A stretch of 64,000 bases of DNA. Origin: a plasmid. The position numbers and the translations under genes were made by a program. Positions 8,767-18,114 of this stretch are shown here, piece after piece. The notes under the pieces were generated by a model. The model saw only the letters and a program-made list of their open reading frames with translations, did no database searches and was not told the DNA's origin. The stretch lies in the sequence record NZ_CP064874.1. One strand, given 5' to 3'. Each line of letters opens with the position of its first letter. The stretch's first letter is position 1.

Positions 8767-9378
8767 TCAGCAGCTCTCCCCCAGACTGATCAGGTTGTAA
8801 ACCAGCCAGGTCTCGCTCTCGCTGTCGTAGACGACCTGGTAGTCGAAGGTGCTGCGAGCTTCGGGGCGCATGGCCTCCGACCCGTCGCTAGCCCAGACCT
8901 TGTACTCGCTCGCGTCCTGGCAGGCATTGATCGTGACAAGACCGTTCTCGATGCCTTCCCACTCCTGCCCGTAGGAAGCAACCGTTTCGTACTTGATCGC
9001 TCCCTCTGTGGTTGCGGGGCCTTCGACGTTCACCTGGTCGACGTTGAGAATCGGCCCCTCTGCGATGCCAGCTGCATCGTTGACAGCGACCTCGAGAGCT
9101 CGCCCGGTCGCCCACGCCTCAAGCGGCGCAGTATCGGTACCACCAGCTGCGTTGACCTCGCCCCGTGTGACGAAGTACTGGGTCAGCACGGTCTCCGCTG
9201 CGGTGATCGCCTCATCCTCGCTCGCCGGCGGCGGAACCTGTGCGTTGCTGGCGGTAGGCGTGGGGGTCGGGGTGTCTGTGGGGCTGGCGGTGGGGTTCTG
9301 GTTGCCGGTGCCCGTGCATGCGGTCAGCGTCAGTGCGGCGGCGATGATGCCGGCGATGGCGAGGCGCTTGATGCTCAT
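8767..9378 (-). CDS. Lipoprotein (lipobox LTAC), Thr/Pro-rich linker, function unknown.
   Basis: 'MSIKRLAIAGIIAAALTLTACTG' signal plus lipobox, then a PT-rich linker. Confidence 0.6.
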   Translation of the reverse strand: MSIKRLAIAGIIAAALTLTACTGTGNQNPTASPTDTPTPTPTASNAQVPPPASEDEAITAAETVLTQYFVTRGEVNAAGGTDTAPLEAWATGRALEVAVNDAAGIAEGPILNVDQVNVEGPATTEGAIKYETVASYGQEWEGIENGLVTINACQDASEYKVWASDGSEAMRPEARSTFDYQVVYDSESETWLVYNLISLGESC

Positions 9379-9388
9379 GGTGGGGCTC

Positions 9389-9799
9389 CTATTGGGTGAT
9401 CAGCTCTGCGGTGGCTGTGGCTTGGACGGGGAACGGCACGGGGAGGAAGGTTGCCGAGTAGTCGGTGTCGACGGTGACGGTGATGCGGTCGCCGCTGACG
9501 GCGACGCTTCCTCCGACGCCAGCGGCGGCGAGGTAGCCGTTGGCGGCGCTGACGGCTCGGTTGCTGTCGATCGCGGTGGTGCCGTCGATGATCGCTTGGC
9601 CGCTGACCGCGTTCGCTGCGGCTCGGGCGGCACTGGCTGCGGTGGTGTAGGCCTGCTGGTTGGCTTGCACCTTGCCGGCGCCGTCGACGACGAGTCCGAC
9701 GATCGCGAGGAACGCGACGGTCATGATGACGAAGTAGATCGTCGCGACGCCCTTGTCGTCACGGAACTTGGCTTGGAGCCTCTGGATCATGGTTTTCAT
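9389..9799 (-). CDS. TadE/TadG-like pseudopilin.
   Basis: N-terminal 'GVATIYFVIMTVAFLAIVGLVVDG' TadE-type hydrophobic segment; position after flp and tadE. Confidence 0.6.
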   Translation of the reverse strand: MKTMIQRLQAKFRDDKGVATIYFVIMTVAFLAIVGLVVDGAGKVQANQQAYTTAASAARAAANAVSGQAIIDGTTAIDSNRAVSAANGYLAAAGVGGSVAVSGDRITVTVDTDYSATFLPVPFPVQATATAELITQ

Positions 9800-10257
9800 C
9801 GCCGCTCCCTGTAGGCGTCGACCGGAGAAGCAGCGGTGCCTGTGAGGTCGCGGGTGCCGGGGAGGCCGATCATGGCGGCGTCGCTGAGTGCGACGGTGCA
9901 GGAGACGGTCGCACTGACTCGGCCGGTGGTCCCGATCGGGGCGCTCAGGCCAGAGGCGTCGATGTTGACGGAGAGGGTGGTGCAGTTGACGCCGGACTGT
10001 TCCATCGAGATCCGCGCCATGTCTTCGGCGGCTTCCTGCGCCTCGGCTGTGGTGCGCGCGAGCGAGGCTTCGCGAGCTGCGGCTGACGCTGCGGACTCGA
10101 CGGCATTGCCGGCCAGAGCGAGACGTCCGGAAGCTGCGAGCAGCACGAGCACGGCGGCGAGGGCCGGGGCGAGGATGGCGATCTCGAGGCCGGCGGAGCC
10201 GCGGTCGTCGCGGAGCTTGGCAATGAGGGTGCGGATGGTGCGCATCAGTTGACCCAC
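9796..10257 (-). CDS. tadE: TadE-like pseudopilin.
   Basis: 'RGSAGLEIAILAPALAAVLVLLAASGRLA' TadE N-terminal motif. Confidence 0.6.
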   Translation of the reverse strand: MGQLMRTIRTLIAKLRDDRGSAGLEIAILAPALAAVLVLLAASGRLALAGNAVESAASAAAREASLARTTAEAQEAAEDMARISMEQSGVNCTTLSVNIDASGLSAPIGTTGRVSATVSCTVALSDAAMIGLPGTRDLTGTAASPVDAYRERR

Positions 10258-10658
10258 CTTTCAGTGGGGCCGGTCACGGTGACGTCGATGTTGGTGGTCA
10301 GTCCGGGGACGAAGGAGGGGGCGTTGCCGGTGACGGTCACTGTCACGGTGTTGGCGCCGCGGTCGACCGCGACGGACGCGCCGCTGATCGGTGAGCCGGA
10401 CTGGTTCAGGACAGCGAGGCCGGCGGTGGAGCCGTCTGTTCCGCTGGCGTTGTAGGCGCGGGCGGCGTTGTAGGCGCTGGTGGCGGCGGCGTGGGCGAGG
10501 TTGTTGGCGTGAAGGATGATGCCCAGGTGCAGGAAGACCGCGAGGACGAGCAGCAGTACCGGGGCGATGATCGTGTTCTGCAGCGTGGCCGCACCCCGAT
10601 CACCGGCGAGCGCTTCTCTGAGGCGCTGCCGGTGACCGGGGTTGGTGGTGCGGACCAT
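10245..10658 (-). CDS. tadE: TadE-like pseudopilin.
   Basis: 'RGAATLQNTIIAPVLLLVLAVFLHLGIIL' TadE N-terminal motif. Confidence 0.6.
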   Translation of the reverse strand: MVRTTNPGHRQRLREALAGDRGAATLQNTIIAPVLLLVLAVFLHLGIILHANNLAHAAATSAYNAARAYNASGTDGSTAGLAVLNQSGSPISGASVAVDRGANTVTVTVTGNAPSFVPGLTTNIDVTVTGPTERWVN

Positions 10659-10673
10659 CTGCGGGTGGCTCTT

Positions 10674-10868
10674 TCAGCCGGTGGGGATCTGACCGGCGTA
10701 GGCGTTGATCGCGGTGACGATGATCGCCACGACGGCCACCGCGGCGAGCGCGATCCCGGCGGTCCAGATGACCTGCTCGAGGGTGATGGAGCCACGTTCG
10801 GGCTCTTCGGTGAAGCGAGCTGCCCGCCCGCGCATGCGGGACAGGAACTCTCGGCTCAGGGTCGACAT
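10674..10868 (-). CDS. flp: Flp/Fap-family type IVb pilin precursor.
   Basis: 64 aa. Charged leader, then 'ERG/SITLEQVIWTAGIALAAVAVVAIIV' (G/XXXXE processing motif plus hydrophobic helix). First gene after the promoter motif. Confidence 0.65.
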   Translation of the reverse strand: MSTLSREFLSRMRGRAARFTEEPERGSITLEQVIWTAGIALAAVAVVAIIVTAINAYAGQIPTG

Positions 10869-10917
10869 AGGATCCTGGTTCCTTTCTCTCTCTGGGTGGG
10901 TGGTGCTTGGTCTACTA

Positions 10918-10954
10918 GGTATAGGCCCCGGTTTGGAGCCTTCGCGGACATCGG
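10918..10954 (-). promoter_or_regulatory. Copy 2 of the conserved 37-bp bipartite motif, oriented leftward toward flp.
   Basis: On the minus strand: CCGATGTCCGCGAAG-N13-GCCTATACCT, about 50 bp upstream of the flp ATG. Confidence 0.5.
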
Positions 10955-10969
10955 TGGATAAACAACCTT

Positions 10970-11851
10970 TCAGAAGAAAGCGTTGAGAACGAACGGTGTG
11001 CCGAGGAGGAGCATGAAGAGGACGCCGGTGAGGGTCATCGGGATGGTCATCTTGTTGGTTGCTTTGTTCGCCTCCGTCACTTCGTCATTCAGAAGTCGGT
11101 CCCGGAGGTTCTGCCCCCGTGCCCTGAGTGTCTCATATACCGATGCTCCTTGCTCCCCTGAGAGCCTGATCACCTTGGCGATTTCACCCAGGTCGGGGAC
11201 GTTGATCTCGACGGAGAGCTGCTCGAGCGCGTCCCAGGGGGCGGTACCGGCGTAGCGGGCTTCGGTGAGGGTTTGGCGGATACGGACGAAGGCCCAGTTG
11301 CGTCCGACTTGGGCTGCGGACTCGAGGGCTTTGCCGGGAGGGGCGCCGCTGATGCGTTCGGATCCGACGAGCTCCATGTAGACGGCGACCGAGCGGGAGA
11401 ACTCCTTGCGGGCGGCTTCGGCTTGGTCGCGGACGAGCAGGTTGGGCAGGTACCAGCCGCCGATGGCGAGGGGGATGCCGAACAGTGCGGGGATGTAGAA
11501 CGCGGTCAGGCCGAGGACTTGGAAGATCAGTCCGATCGCGATGGGGGCGATGAGGCCGAGGCCGGCGGAGAGCACCTTCTGGTACAGGAACCGGTTGACG
11601 CTCATGCCGATCAGGCGCAGATCGCGGGTGGGGATCTTGAGCGAGGGGCTGTCGCCGACGCGACGGAGGACGGCTGAGCCTACCCGGTTCTCAAGGGTGG
11701 CGGCGTAGGCGGGGTCGGCGGCGACGGTGGTGGTGCCGATCCGATCGAGCGCTGCGGAGAGGCTGGGCTGGGTGGGCACCAGTGCGGCGATGACCAGCGC
11801 GAAGCCGAGCCCCAGGACGAGGCCAGGGAGGACGATTAGTGCGAGGTTCAC
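10970..11851 (-). CDS. tadC: Tad pilus inner-membrane platform protein TadC (T2SS F-like).
   Basis: Polytopic membrane protein following tadB. Contains one of the two copies of the 17-mer GAGTGTCTCATATACCG (11125-11141). Confidence 0.7.
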   Translation of the reverse strand: MNLALIVLPGLVLGLGFALVIAALVPTQPSLSAALDRIGTTTVAADPAYAATLENRVGSAVLRRVGDSPSLKIPTRDLRLIGMSVNRFLYQKVLSAGLGLIAPIAIGLIFQVLGLTAFYIPALFGIPLAIGGWYLPNLLVRDQAEAARKEFSRSVAVYMELVGSERISGAPPGKALESAAQVGRNWAFVRIRQTLTEARYAGTAPWDALEQLSVEINVPDLGEIAKVIRLSGEQGASVYETLRARGQNLRDRLLNDEVTEANKATNKMTIPMTLTGVLFMLLLGTPFVLNAFF

Positions 11852-12714
11852 TTCTCACCAGCTTTCTCGGAGGCAACGAGCAGACGGGGTGCCGGCACGC
11901 CGCGGCTGATGCGTCGCATCCACAGCAGTACGAGGGCGTAGCTGACGAGGTACGCGGCGAACAGGAGTTGACCGATCGGGGTGCCGTAGGGGGCGGAGTA
12001 CTGCTGGGCGAGGACCAGAAGTACGAGCAGCGCGACGGTGAAGTAGACGACGAACCTGGCCTCGTTGCGCGGGGTGGCGCGGTCGGCTTCGATCTGTCGG
12101 CGCATCTTGACCCGCTCGAAGATGCTCTTGGCGAGATCCTCGAGCGAGGCGGCGAGACCGGAGCCGCGGAGCTCGGCCTTGCGGAGAAGATGCATCACGA
12201 GCACGTCCGCGGTCTCGTCGTTGAGATCGTCGGCAAACGCCTGCAGCGCCGCGGTGGTGGTCCACCGGGCGTTGATGCGCGCGACGAGCTGCGTGACCTG
12301 TGGGCGGATCGCTTCGGGGCAGCTGCTCAGCGATGCGGCGATGGTGCGTTCGAGGCCGGCACCGGAGACGGTGAGGCCGGCGAGGCTGCGGGTCCAGGAC
12401 TCGAGGGCGTCGAGCTTGGCGATCGTGTTCTCCTCGGGGCCCTTCTGCAGCAGCCATGGCAGGCCGACAGCGGCGACGGGCACCGCGATCACGAGCAGCC
12501 ACCATCCGGTGATCAGCGCGAACACCAGACCGACCGCGGCGCCGCCGACGAGCTGGATCTGCTGCGTGCGGGTGAAGTCGCGTGTCGCCTTCCCGCGAAG
12601 TGCGCTGCGCGTGGGCAGCCCACTGGTGCTGGGCTTATGGGCGGCGCCGAGGATGACCAGGATCGCGCCGGCCACCGCGACGATGATGCACAGAGCGAGG
12701 GTTGCGGTAGTCAT
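11848..12714 (-). CDS. tadB: Tad pilus inner-membrane platform protein TadB.
   Basis: Polytopic membrane protein between tadA and tadC; start overlaps the tadA stop. Confidence 0.7.
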   Translation of the reverse strand: MTTATLALCIIVAVAGAILVILGAAHKPSTSGLPTRSALRGKATRDFTRTQQIQLVGGAAVGLVFALITGWWLLVIAVPVAAVGLPWLLQKGPEENTIAKLDALESWTRSLAGLTVSGAGLERTIAASLSSCPEAIRPQVTQLVARINARWTTTAALQAFADDLNDETADVLVMHLLRKAELRGSGLAASLEDLAKSIFERVKMRRQIEADRATPRNEARFVVYFTVALLVLLVLAQQYSAPYGTPIGQLLFAAYLVSYALVLLWMRRISRGVPAPRLLVASEKAGEK

Positions 12715-12715
12715 C

Positions 12716-14341
12716 TCACACTCCCAGGTTCGCGGGATCGAAGCCGTAGAACTTGAGCTCCTCGAGGAGCCGCGGCGATGGCATGTCAGCGGTGATGAGG
12801 CTGCCGGTGGATCGGTCGAAGCGGAACACCTGAGAAGCCACAGGGCGGGAGTTGTTCTGCTCCTCGCCGGGCAGGATCTCGGCGATCTCGGTGACGACGC
12901 GGCGGGGCTTGCCGGTAGCGGGGTCGATGATCTTCGAGATCTGCACCACGATCTTGATGTTCTGCTCGATCATCCGGTAGGCGTACACGGGGGTCGTGTT
13001 GTTGCCGCGCGACAGCATCAGCGCCGACATGCGGTCGATCGAGTCGTCTGCGCTGGCGGCGTGCAGAGTGGACAGCGACCCGACACCGGACTGCATGGCC
13101 TGCATCATGGCGTAGATCTCAGGCCCGCGGACCTCACCAACGATGAAGCGCTGCGTGTCCAGTCGGAGGGTGTCGTAGACCAGGTCTTCGGGGGTGATCT
13201 CACCAGGCAGCCGCCCATCGGCGCCACGCTCCCCCTCCCCCGGCTTCGCCTCGAGCGAGACCACTCGAGGGTGGCGGTCGTTGATCTTGTGAAGGTAGAG
13301 CTCACGCTCCATCTCGATTGTGACGATCTTCTCCTCGGCCGGGATGCAGTCGGCGAGCGCGCGCAGCAGTGTGGTCTTGCCTGCGCCGGGGAAGCCGCTG
13401 GTGACGACGGAGACCCCGGCGATGACGGCCGCGCGGAGGAAGGCTGCCGCCTGGCGGGTGATGGTGCCGCGCTCCACGAGCTGGTCGAGGGTGACGTCGA
13501 CGAGGCGGTGGATACGGATGACGATCGTGGGGCGGGTGGCGACGGGTTCGGCGATCGCTGCCAGGCGCGCTCCGCCGGGCAGGTCCATGTGCAGTCGCGG
13601 CCGGGCGCTCGTGAACGATCGTCCGCCCTCACCCGAGCGGGCGGCGAGCAGGTTGATCTCTCGCTCGAGCTCACGGTCATTCTCGGCGATCGGGTACTGG
13701 TACTTGACCACGCGGCCGTCCGCGTAGGAGATCCAGACGTCGTCGAACCCGTTGATGTGGATGTTCTCAACGTCGGGCTCGTCGACGAGCGGCTGCAGCC
13801 GACCCAGGCGGAACAGCTGGTCGAAGACGGCCTGCCGGATCGCGGTCTGCATCGGCGCCGGCCAGCGGCCCTCGCCGGGGCGTCGGGTCTGGTCGTCGAC
13901 GCGAGCTCGGACCCGGTCAACGATGTGGTCCTGCGCTGTCTGCTCGCGCTGCTCGGCAGTGATGTCCATGGACTCGCTGAATACCGCGGCGAGCTCACGG
14001 GAGACCTCGTCGCGAATGGCGGCGATGTCGGCCCAGGGCAGATCGCTGCGCGCGTCGAGGGTGGTTTGCGGAGTGACCTCGGGTGCAGGCCGTTCGGGGG
14101 TGGAGGGCGGTGTCGGCACGATCGGAGCAGCAGGTGTCGTGGGGGCGGCTTCGGCCGGAGCGTTCCGCTGCGCCGCACGGGTCAGGTGCGCGGCGGCGTG
14201 TCCCAGGTTGCGCAGGCCCGTGTCGGCCGGTGCGGTCGTTGGTGCCTGCGGTGTTGCCGGTGCCGGCGCGGTGGCCGGTGCTGGCGCGGTGAAGAACGGG
14301 ATGTTGCCCAGGTCTGCAGGGTCGGGCGTGGAGTCGCTCAC
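12716..14341 (-). CDS. tadA: TadA/CpaF secretion ATPase with a Pro/Ala-rich N-terminal extension.
   Basis: Walker A 'SGFPGAGKTT' and T2SS-E-like core. The track ORF extends to 14638 and overlaps tadZ. Proposed start is GTG 14341..14339, overlapping the tadZ stop (GTGA). Confidence 0.85.
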   Translation of the reverse strand: MSDSTPDPADLGNIPFFTAPAPATAPAPATPQAPTTAPADTGLRNLGHAAAHLTRAAQRNAPAEAAPTTPAAPIVPTPPSTPERPAPEVTPQTTLDARSDLPWADIAAIRDEVSRELAAVFSESMDITAEQREQTAQDHIVDRVRARVDDQTRRPGEGRWPAPMQTAIRQAVFDQLFRLGRLQPLVDEPDVENIHINGFDDVWISYADGRVVKYQYPIAENDRELEREINLLAARSGEGGRSFTSARPRLHMDLPGGARLAAIAEPVATRPTIVIRIHRLVDVTLDQLVERGTITRQAAAFLRAAVIAGVSVVTSGFPGAGKTTLLRALADCIPAEEKIVTIEMERELYLHKINDRHPRVVSLEAKPGEGERGADGRLPGEITPEDLVYDTLRLDTQRFIVGEVRGPEIYAMMQAMQSGVGSLSTLHAASADDSIDRMSALMLSRGNNTTPVYAYRMIEQNIKIVVQISKIIDPATGKPRRVVTEIAEILPGEEQNNSRPVASQVFRFDRSTGSLITADMPSPRLLEELKFYGFDPANLGV

Positions 14342-15165
14342 TGCTGTCCCTCCCAGTCGGTGGTTGTGTATGTGCGGGTGTTGAGGACATCGCTGTAGCT
14401 GTGCAGCAGTGCGCCGATGGCCCGCGAGTAGGGGGTGCGCTGGGCACCGAGGGTGGGTGCGCCGACCGAGTAGATAGCGGCGCCCTTCGGATCCCAGGGG
14501 ATGGTGCCCAGCAGGTTCATGCCGATCTGCTTGGTGACGGTCTTGAGAGGCCAGGTCTCCTGCGTGGTGGAGCGTTCGGTAACGAGGAGATCCACGTAGC
14601 TGGCGTGCCCGATCTCGTTGAGCGTGTTCAGCAGCCACTCGGGGACGGTGTTGCGGTTCTCGTCGAGGGATCGCCAGTGTGCGAGCACGGCTGCCACGGA
14701 GGGCAACGTGCGATCGGTGAACAGGGTGATGCTGTCCGCCTCGCGCAGTAGCGGGAGACGAGGGTCGTTGACGTGGAGGCGCCCGCCGTCGACGAGGATG
14801 TCGTAACCGGCGGACTCGTAGGGTCGCAGCGCGTCGAGCAGTGCCCGCCAGAAGTGGGGGCCCGCGCCGGCGGCGCCCTGCAGGCTCTTGAAGCCGGGGA
14901 TGAGCACTGAGCGGGGGCTGAGCTCGACGGTCTGCTCCCAGAGCTTGTCAGGGGTCAGAGCGCCGTACTGGTCTGCGACGGCCGCTTCGGTCAGTCCGGT
15001 GCTGTGGTAGACCTGCCCGCGGATGAGTCCGGGGATGATGCTGCTGGTCTTGGTGGTGTCAGCCTCGACGAGGATCACGGGCTTGGACCAGTTGAGGGCC
15101 AGGGCGCCGGCGGCGGTGGTCACGCCGGGGGCGCCGGACGCGCTGGCAAGGAAGATGATCGCCAT
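14338..15165 (-). CDS. tadZ: TadZ/CpaE-like ParA/MinD-family pilus localisation protein.
   Basis: Positioned between cpaB and tadA; degenerate P-loop region near the N-terminus. Confidence 0.6.
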   Translation of the reverse strand: MAIIFLASASGAPGVTTAAGALALNWSKPVILVEADTTKTSSIIPGLIRGQVYHSTGLTEAAVADQYGALTPDKLWEQTVELSPRSVLIPGFKSLQGAAGAGPHFWRALLDALRPYESAGYDILVDGGRLHVNDPRLPLLREADSITLFTDRTLPSVAAVLAHWRSLDENRNTVPEWLLNTLNEIGHASYVDLLVTERSTTQETWPLKTVTKQIGMNLLGTIPWDPKGAAIYSVGAPTLGAQRTPYSRAIGALLHSYSDVLNTRTYTTTDWEGQQ

Positions 15166-15171
15166 GCGGGG

Positions 15172-15864
15172 TCACTCCCCCGTCGAGTCGATGACCAGCG
15201 CGACACGGCCGGTGGCGGCACGAGCGGCGATGTCGGGTGCTTCACGGTTCGGCACGACCAGGTCGACAACCCACACCTGGGTCTCAGTGTCGTAGGTGGC
15301 GGTGAACACCGTGGCGTCGAAGCTCTTGGGGGTTTCGACGGGCGGGTCGCCCTGAGTGACGGGGGTCTCGACGACACGGACGTTGTCGCCTGCTGCGAGC
15401 TGGTAGCCGGGCATCTGCGCCTGGGTGAGCGTGACGCCCACGATCGAGGAGCCGGACGGCACCGCGAGGGTGTCGCCGGTGTTGGCCGACGTGATGAGGG
15501 TGCCAGCGGGCAGGTCGACCAGCGCGGTGGTTCCGACGAGGTCGGCGGCATCCGCGGCGGAGACGGCGTCGACCTGCTGCCCGCCGGCGAGCTGGATGGT
15601 CGTGAGGTCGTCTGTGGTGATCGTCTCCCCGCGTGAGACATCGACGCTGGTCGCCATGACGCTGACGGTGCGGGTGAGGTTCGTGGTGACCCACCACACG
15701 CCGATTCCGCCGAGGAGGACAAGCGCGATGCCGAGGGCGATGATCGCGGGGCGCCGGCGAGACTTCGTCGGCTGCAGGACTGCAGGAGTGAGTCCTTGCT
15801 TCTGCTCGCCCTGCTCGGTGGTGTCTTTCGTGCGCTTGCTCTTGCGGTCAGTGGTGGTGGTCAT
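15172..15864 (-). CDS. cpaB: Flp pilus assembly protein CpaB/RcpC (N-terminal TM plus SAF-like domain).
   Basis: Basic N-terminus, one TM helix, then beta-rich 'VDVSRGETITTDDLTTIQL...'. First gene of the tad ATPase operon. Confidence 0.7.
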   Translation of the reverse strand: MTTTTDRKSKRTKDTTEQGEQKQGLTPAVLQPTKSRRRPAIIALGIALVLLGGIGVWWVTTNLTRTVSVMATSVDVSRGETITTDDLTTIQLAGGQQVDAVSAADAADLVGTTALVDLPAGTLITSANTGDTLAVPSGSSIVGVTLTQAQMPGYQLAAGDNVRVVETPVTQGDPPVETPKSFDATVFTATYDTETQVWVVDLVVPNREAPDIAARAATGRVALVIDSTGE

Positions 15865-15982
15865 TGGAAGTCAGTCCTTCAACGTGGGCGGATGTGGCGT
15901 AGGTGTCTAAGCAGTTCGGTGAGTGTCTCATATACCGCTGTCGCGACAGCTGGTCTTCTGCTGTAGCTGGACACCGCACCGT

Positions 15983-16582
15983 CTATTCGAGAGGCGGAAG
16001 GAATGCCTCGTAGGCGGTGATGATGACGAAGTTCCGGGAGGGAGCATCGAGTTCAGCGGTGACGCGATCGAGGATCGCGCGGTACGACGGGGCAACGCGC
16101 ACGGTGTGCTTGACGCGAGGCCCCGCATCAGTGACGGGGGCGGGACGCTTCTGCCGGTTGAACAGATCCGTCCAGTCCTCGTCAGTCTCTTCTCCGCCGG
16201 CGGTGGCCTGGCGGATCAGTTCAGGAAGACGCTTATAGGTGGCCGAGACGGCGTCCAGGAGGACCGTCTGGTGGCTCTTGCGCGTCTTGGCCATGTACGC
16301 CTGCAGTCGGTCGTTCAGCGGGACCGGAAGGTGGACAGGGACGCCCTTGGTCGCGGTCTCCCGCTCCTCCCCCTCTCCCCCGTCTTCGTCCTCCGCGCGG
16401 GTCGTGCGAGTCGGCTGCTTGCGCGGCGCCTGCTTCTTCGCAGGAGCGGCCGCAGGTTCGACCGCCGCTGCAGGGACGGGCTCGGTGGGCGGAGCCTGGT
16501 CGACGGTGGGCTCCACGGGTTCTGCGGGAGCCGGCGTCGGCACGGCGCGGCGGGTGAGTTTTCCGAGATCCTGGCGTGCCAC
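15983..16582 (-). CDS. ParG-like centromere-binding protein. Long Pro/Ala/Glu-rich disordered N-terminus and C-terminal RHH.
   Basis: C-terminal 'GVPVHLPVPLNDRLQAYMAKTRKSHQTVLLDAVSATYKRL' fits strand-helix-helix. Immediately downstream of parA. Confidence 0.5.
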   Translation of the reverse strand: MARQDLGKLTRRAVPTPAPAEPVEPTVDQAPPTEPVPAAAVEPAAAPAKKQAPRKQPTRTTRAEDEDGGEGEERETATKGVPVHLPVPLNDRLQAYMAKTRKSHQTVLLDAVSATYKRLPELIRQATAGGEETDEDWTDLFNRQKRPAPVTDAGPRVKHTVRVAPSYRAILDRVTAELDAPSRNFVIITAYEAFLPPLE

Positions 16583-16583
16583 G

Positions 16584-17258
16584 TCAGGCCTCCTTCATCT
16601 GGTTGGCCCACAGCGATGTGAGCTCCAACGCGACACTGGTGTAGTCGGAGATCGCTGCTTGGTTCTTGCGGGAATCGGTGTACTGCGTGACGACCTTGCC
16701 GTCGTAGGGAGCGTCCTCGATGCTCGCGGACAGGCGGATGTGACGCTGGAACCGCGGGAGTCCGATCTGTCCTTCGATGAACTCGACGGTGTCGAGCTGC
16801 TCTTCCCAGTCCTCGAGTCGCCGCCCGCCTCGGCGGGTGTCGATCTTGTTCAGCAGGAGTCGGTAGGGCACCCCAGTCGGGATGATGTGCTCGGCGAGCG
16901 TGTCCGCGACGGACTCGATGGCCATGGTGGCCGCTTCGAGCGGCAGGACGATGAAGTCGGCGACCTGCAGGACTGCGGTGAGAACGCCGGTGTTCTCATG
17001 GCTGCCAGGTGTGTCGACGAGGACGATGTCGTATCCGTCGAGGTCACGCAATCCCATGATGTTGTTGGGGTCGACGTCGGCGGCGAAGTCGAACGGAAGG
17101 TCATCCCCCGCGCGCTCGGCCCAGCGTGCTGCGGACTGCTGCGGGTCGACGTCGACCACGAGCACATTGTTAGCGCGGGACAGCGCGGCCGCGAGGTTCA
17201 TGACGGTGGTGGTCTTGCCCACCCCGCCCTTCTGGTTGCAGACGCCGATGATTCTCAC
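16584..17258 (-). CDS. parA: ParA-family partition ATPase.
   Basis: Deviant Walker A '[12 protein letters not shown]', 224 aa. Confidence 0.85.
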   Translation of the reverse strand: MRIIGVCNQKGGVGKTTTVMNLAAALSRANNVLVVDVDPQQSAARWAERAGDDLPFDFAADVDPNNIMGLRDLDGYDIVLVDTPGSHENTGVLTAVLQVADFIVLPLEAATMAIESVADTLAEHIIPTGVPYRLLLNKIDTRRGGRRLEDWEEQLDTVEFIEGQIGLPRFQRHIRLSASIEDAPYDGKVVTQYTDSRKNQAAISDYTSVALELTSLWANQMKEA

Positions 17259-17289
17259 GATCGGCCTCCACGGCTGAGGGCGTTGGCAG

Positions 17290-17870
17290 CGGTCGCGCCA
17301 GTCGAGCGCGCGGTGTGCGGATGTGTGGCGCGGGTATGGGGCAACTGTGGCGGGTTCATGGGCGCCAGTATAGCGTCACATTCACGCCTATATGCAACAA
17401 CAATCGCGCGTGTCTGGCGCGACACATGCGCTAGAGCATGTGGAGCTACGGCGCTAGAACTGTGCGATGAACGCGCTCTGTCGGTGCAAGAACAACGCAA
17501 GCAGAGCGCTTGACAGTGCGCATCATCTAAAACAAGACCCGCGCCATAGTGGCTACATACGGGCACAAGCAATGCGCAAGTAAGGGGCCGTACAGGCGAC
17601 AGCCGGGCGCTCGTAATGCGCACGTTAGAGCGCAACAGCATGCGCGGGTAGGGCGATGTAATAGCGCGAATATTGCAGTTGATATTGCGGATGGCTGGCG
17701 CGGGTATGGCGCGGGGGTTGCTCAGCGTATCGCGCAAGTGATGCGGTGATCTGGCGGGGGAGTGGCGGAGGCTATCGCGGTGTTGCTGCGAGGGTACAGC
17801 GCAGAGCATGGCGGCGGGGTGGCGCGTGTGTAGCGCGGCGCTGGCGATGGTGGGGTGCGCGGTGTCGCGA
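17290..17870. repeat. Repeat-dense non-coding region upstream of parA. More than 25 GCGC-core boxes at ~11–12-bp phasing with AT-richer spacers; candidate partition centromere or iteron origin.
   Basis: TGCGCA palindromic core at least 3 times exactly (17572, 17627, 17517) plus many ATGCGC/AGCGC variants. The 13-mer GGCGCGGGTATGG occurs exactly twice (17328, 17697). No credible ORF across 17259-18114. Confidence 0.5.
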
Positions 17871-18114
17871 GGGCTGGTCATGGAGTCGTGGTGGGGCATC
17901 CAAACGATGGATGCGGGCGTAGACGGGCCTGTGCGGCCTGCTGAGGCGATTTCGGCCATGAGGAGGGCTCCGAGTGAGGCGGAGGGGAAGACAGGGCCCC
18001 TGGGGGCCATCCAGAGGCCCTGTCTGTCTGGGGGGGCGGAGCGGGAGTGTTGCTCCGGCCTGTGGGGAGCGCTCGACTCGTCGACTGCGCTTGCCCCCTG
18101 GATGGCGGGTTGGC

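Noticed and set aside
12065-14398. 777-aa plus-strand ORF antisense to tadA/tadB, and 13105..14178 (-) in an alternative frame of tadA.
   Set aside because: Spurious open frames within strongly supported tad genes; the translations are repetitive (RS/AG-rich).
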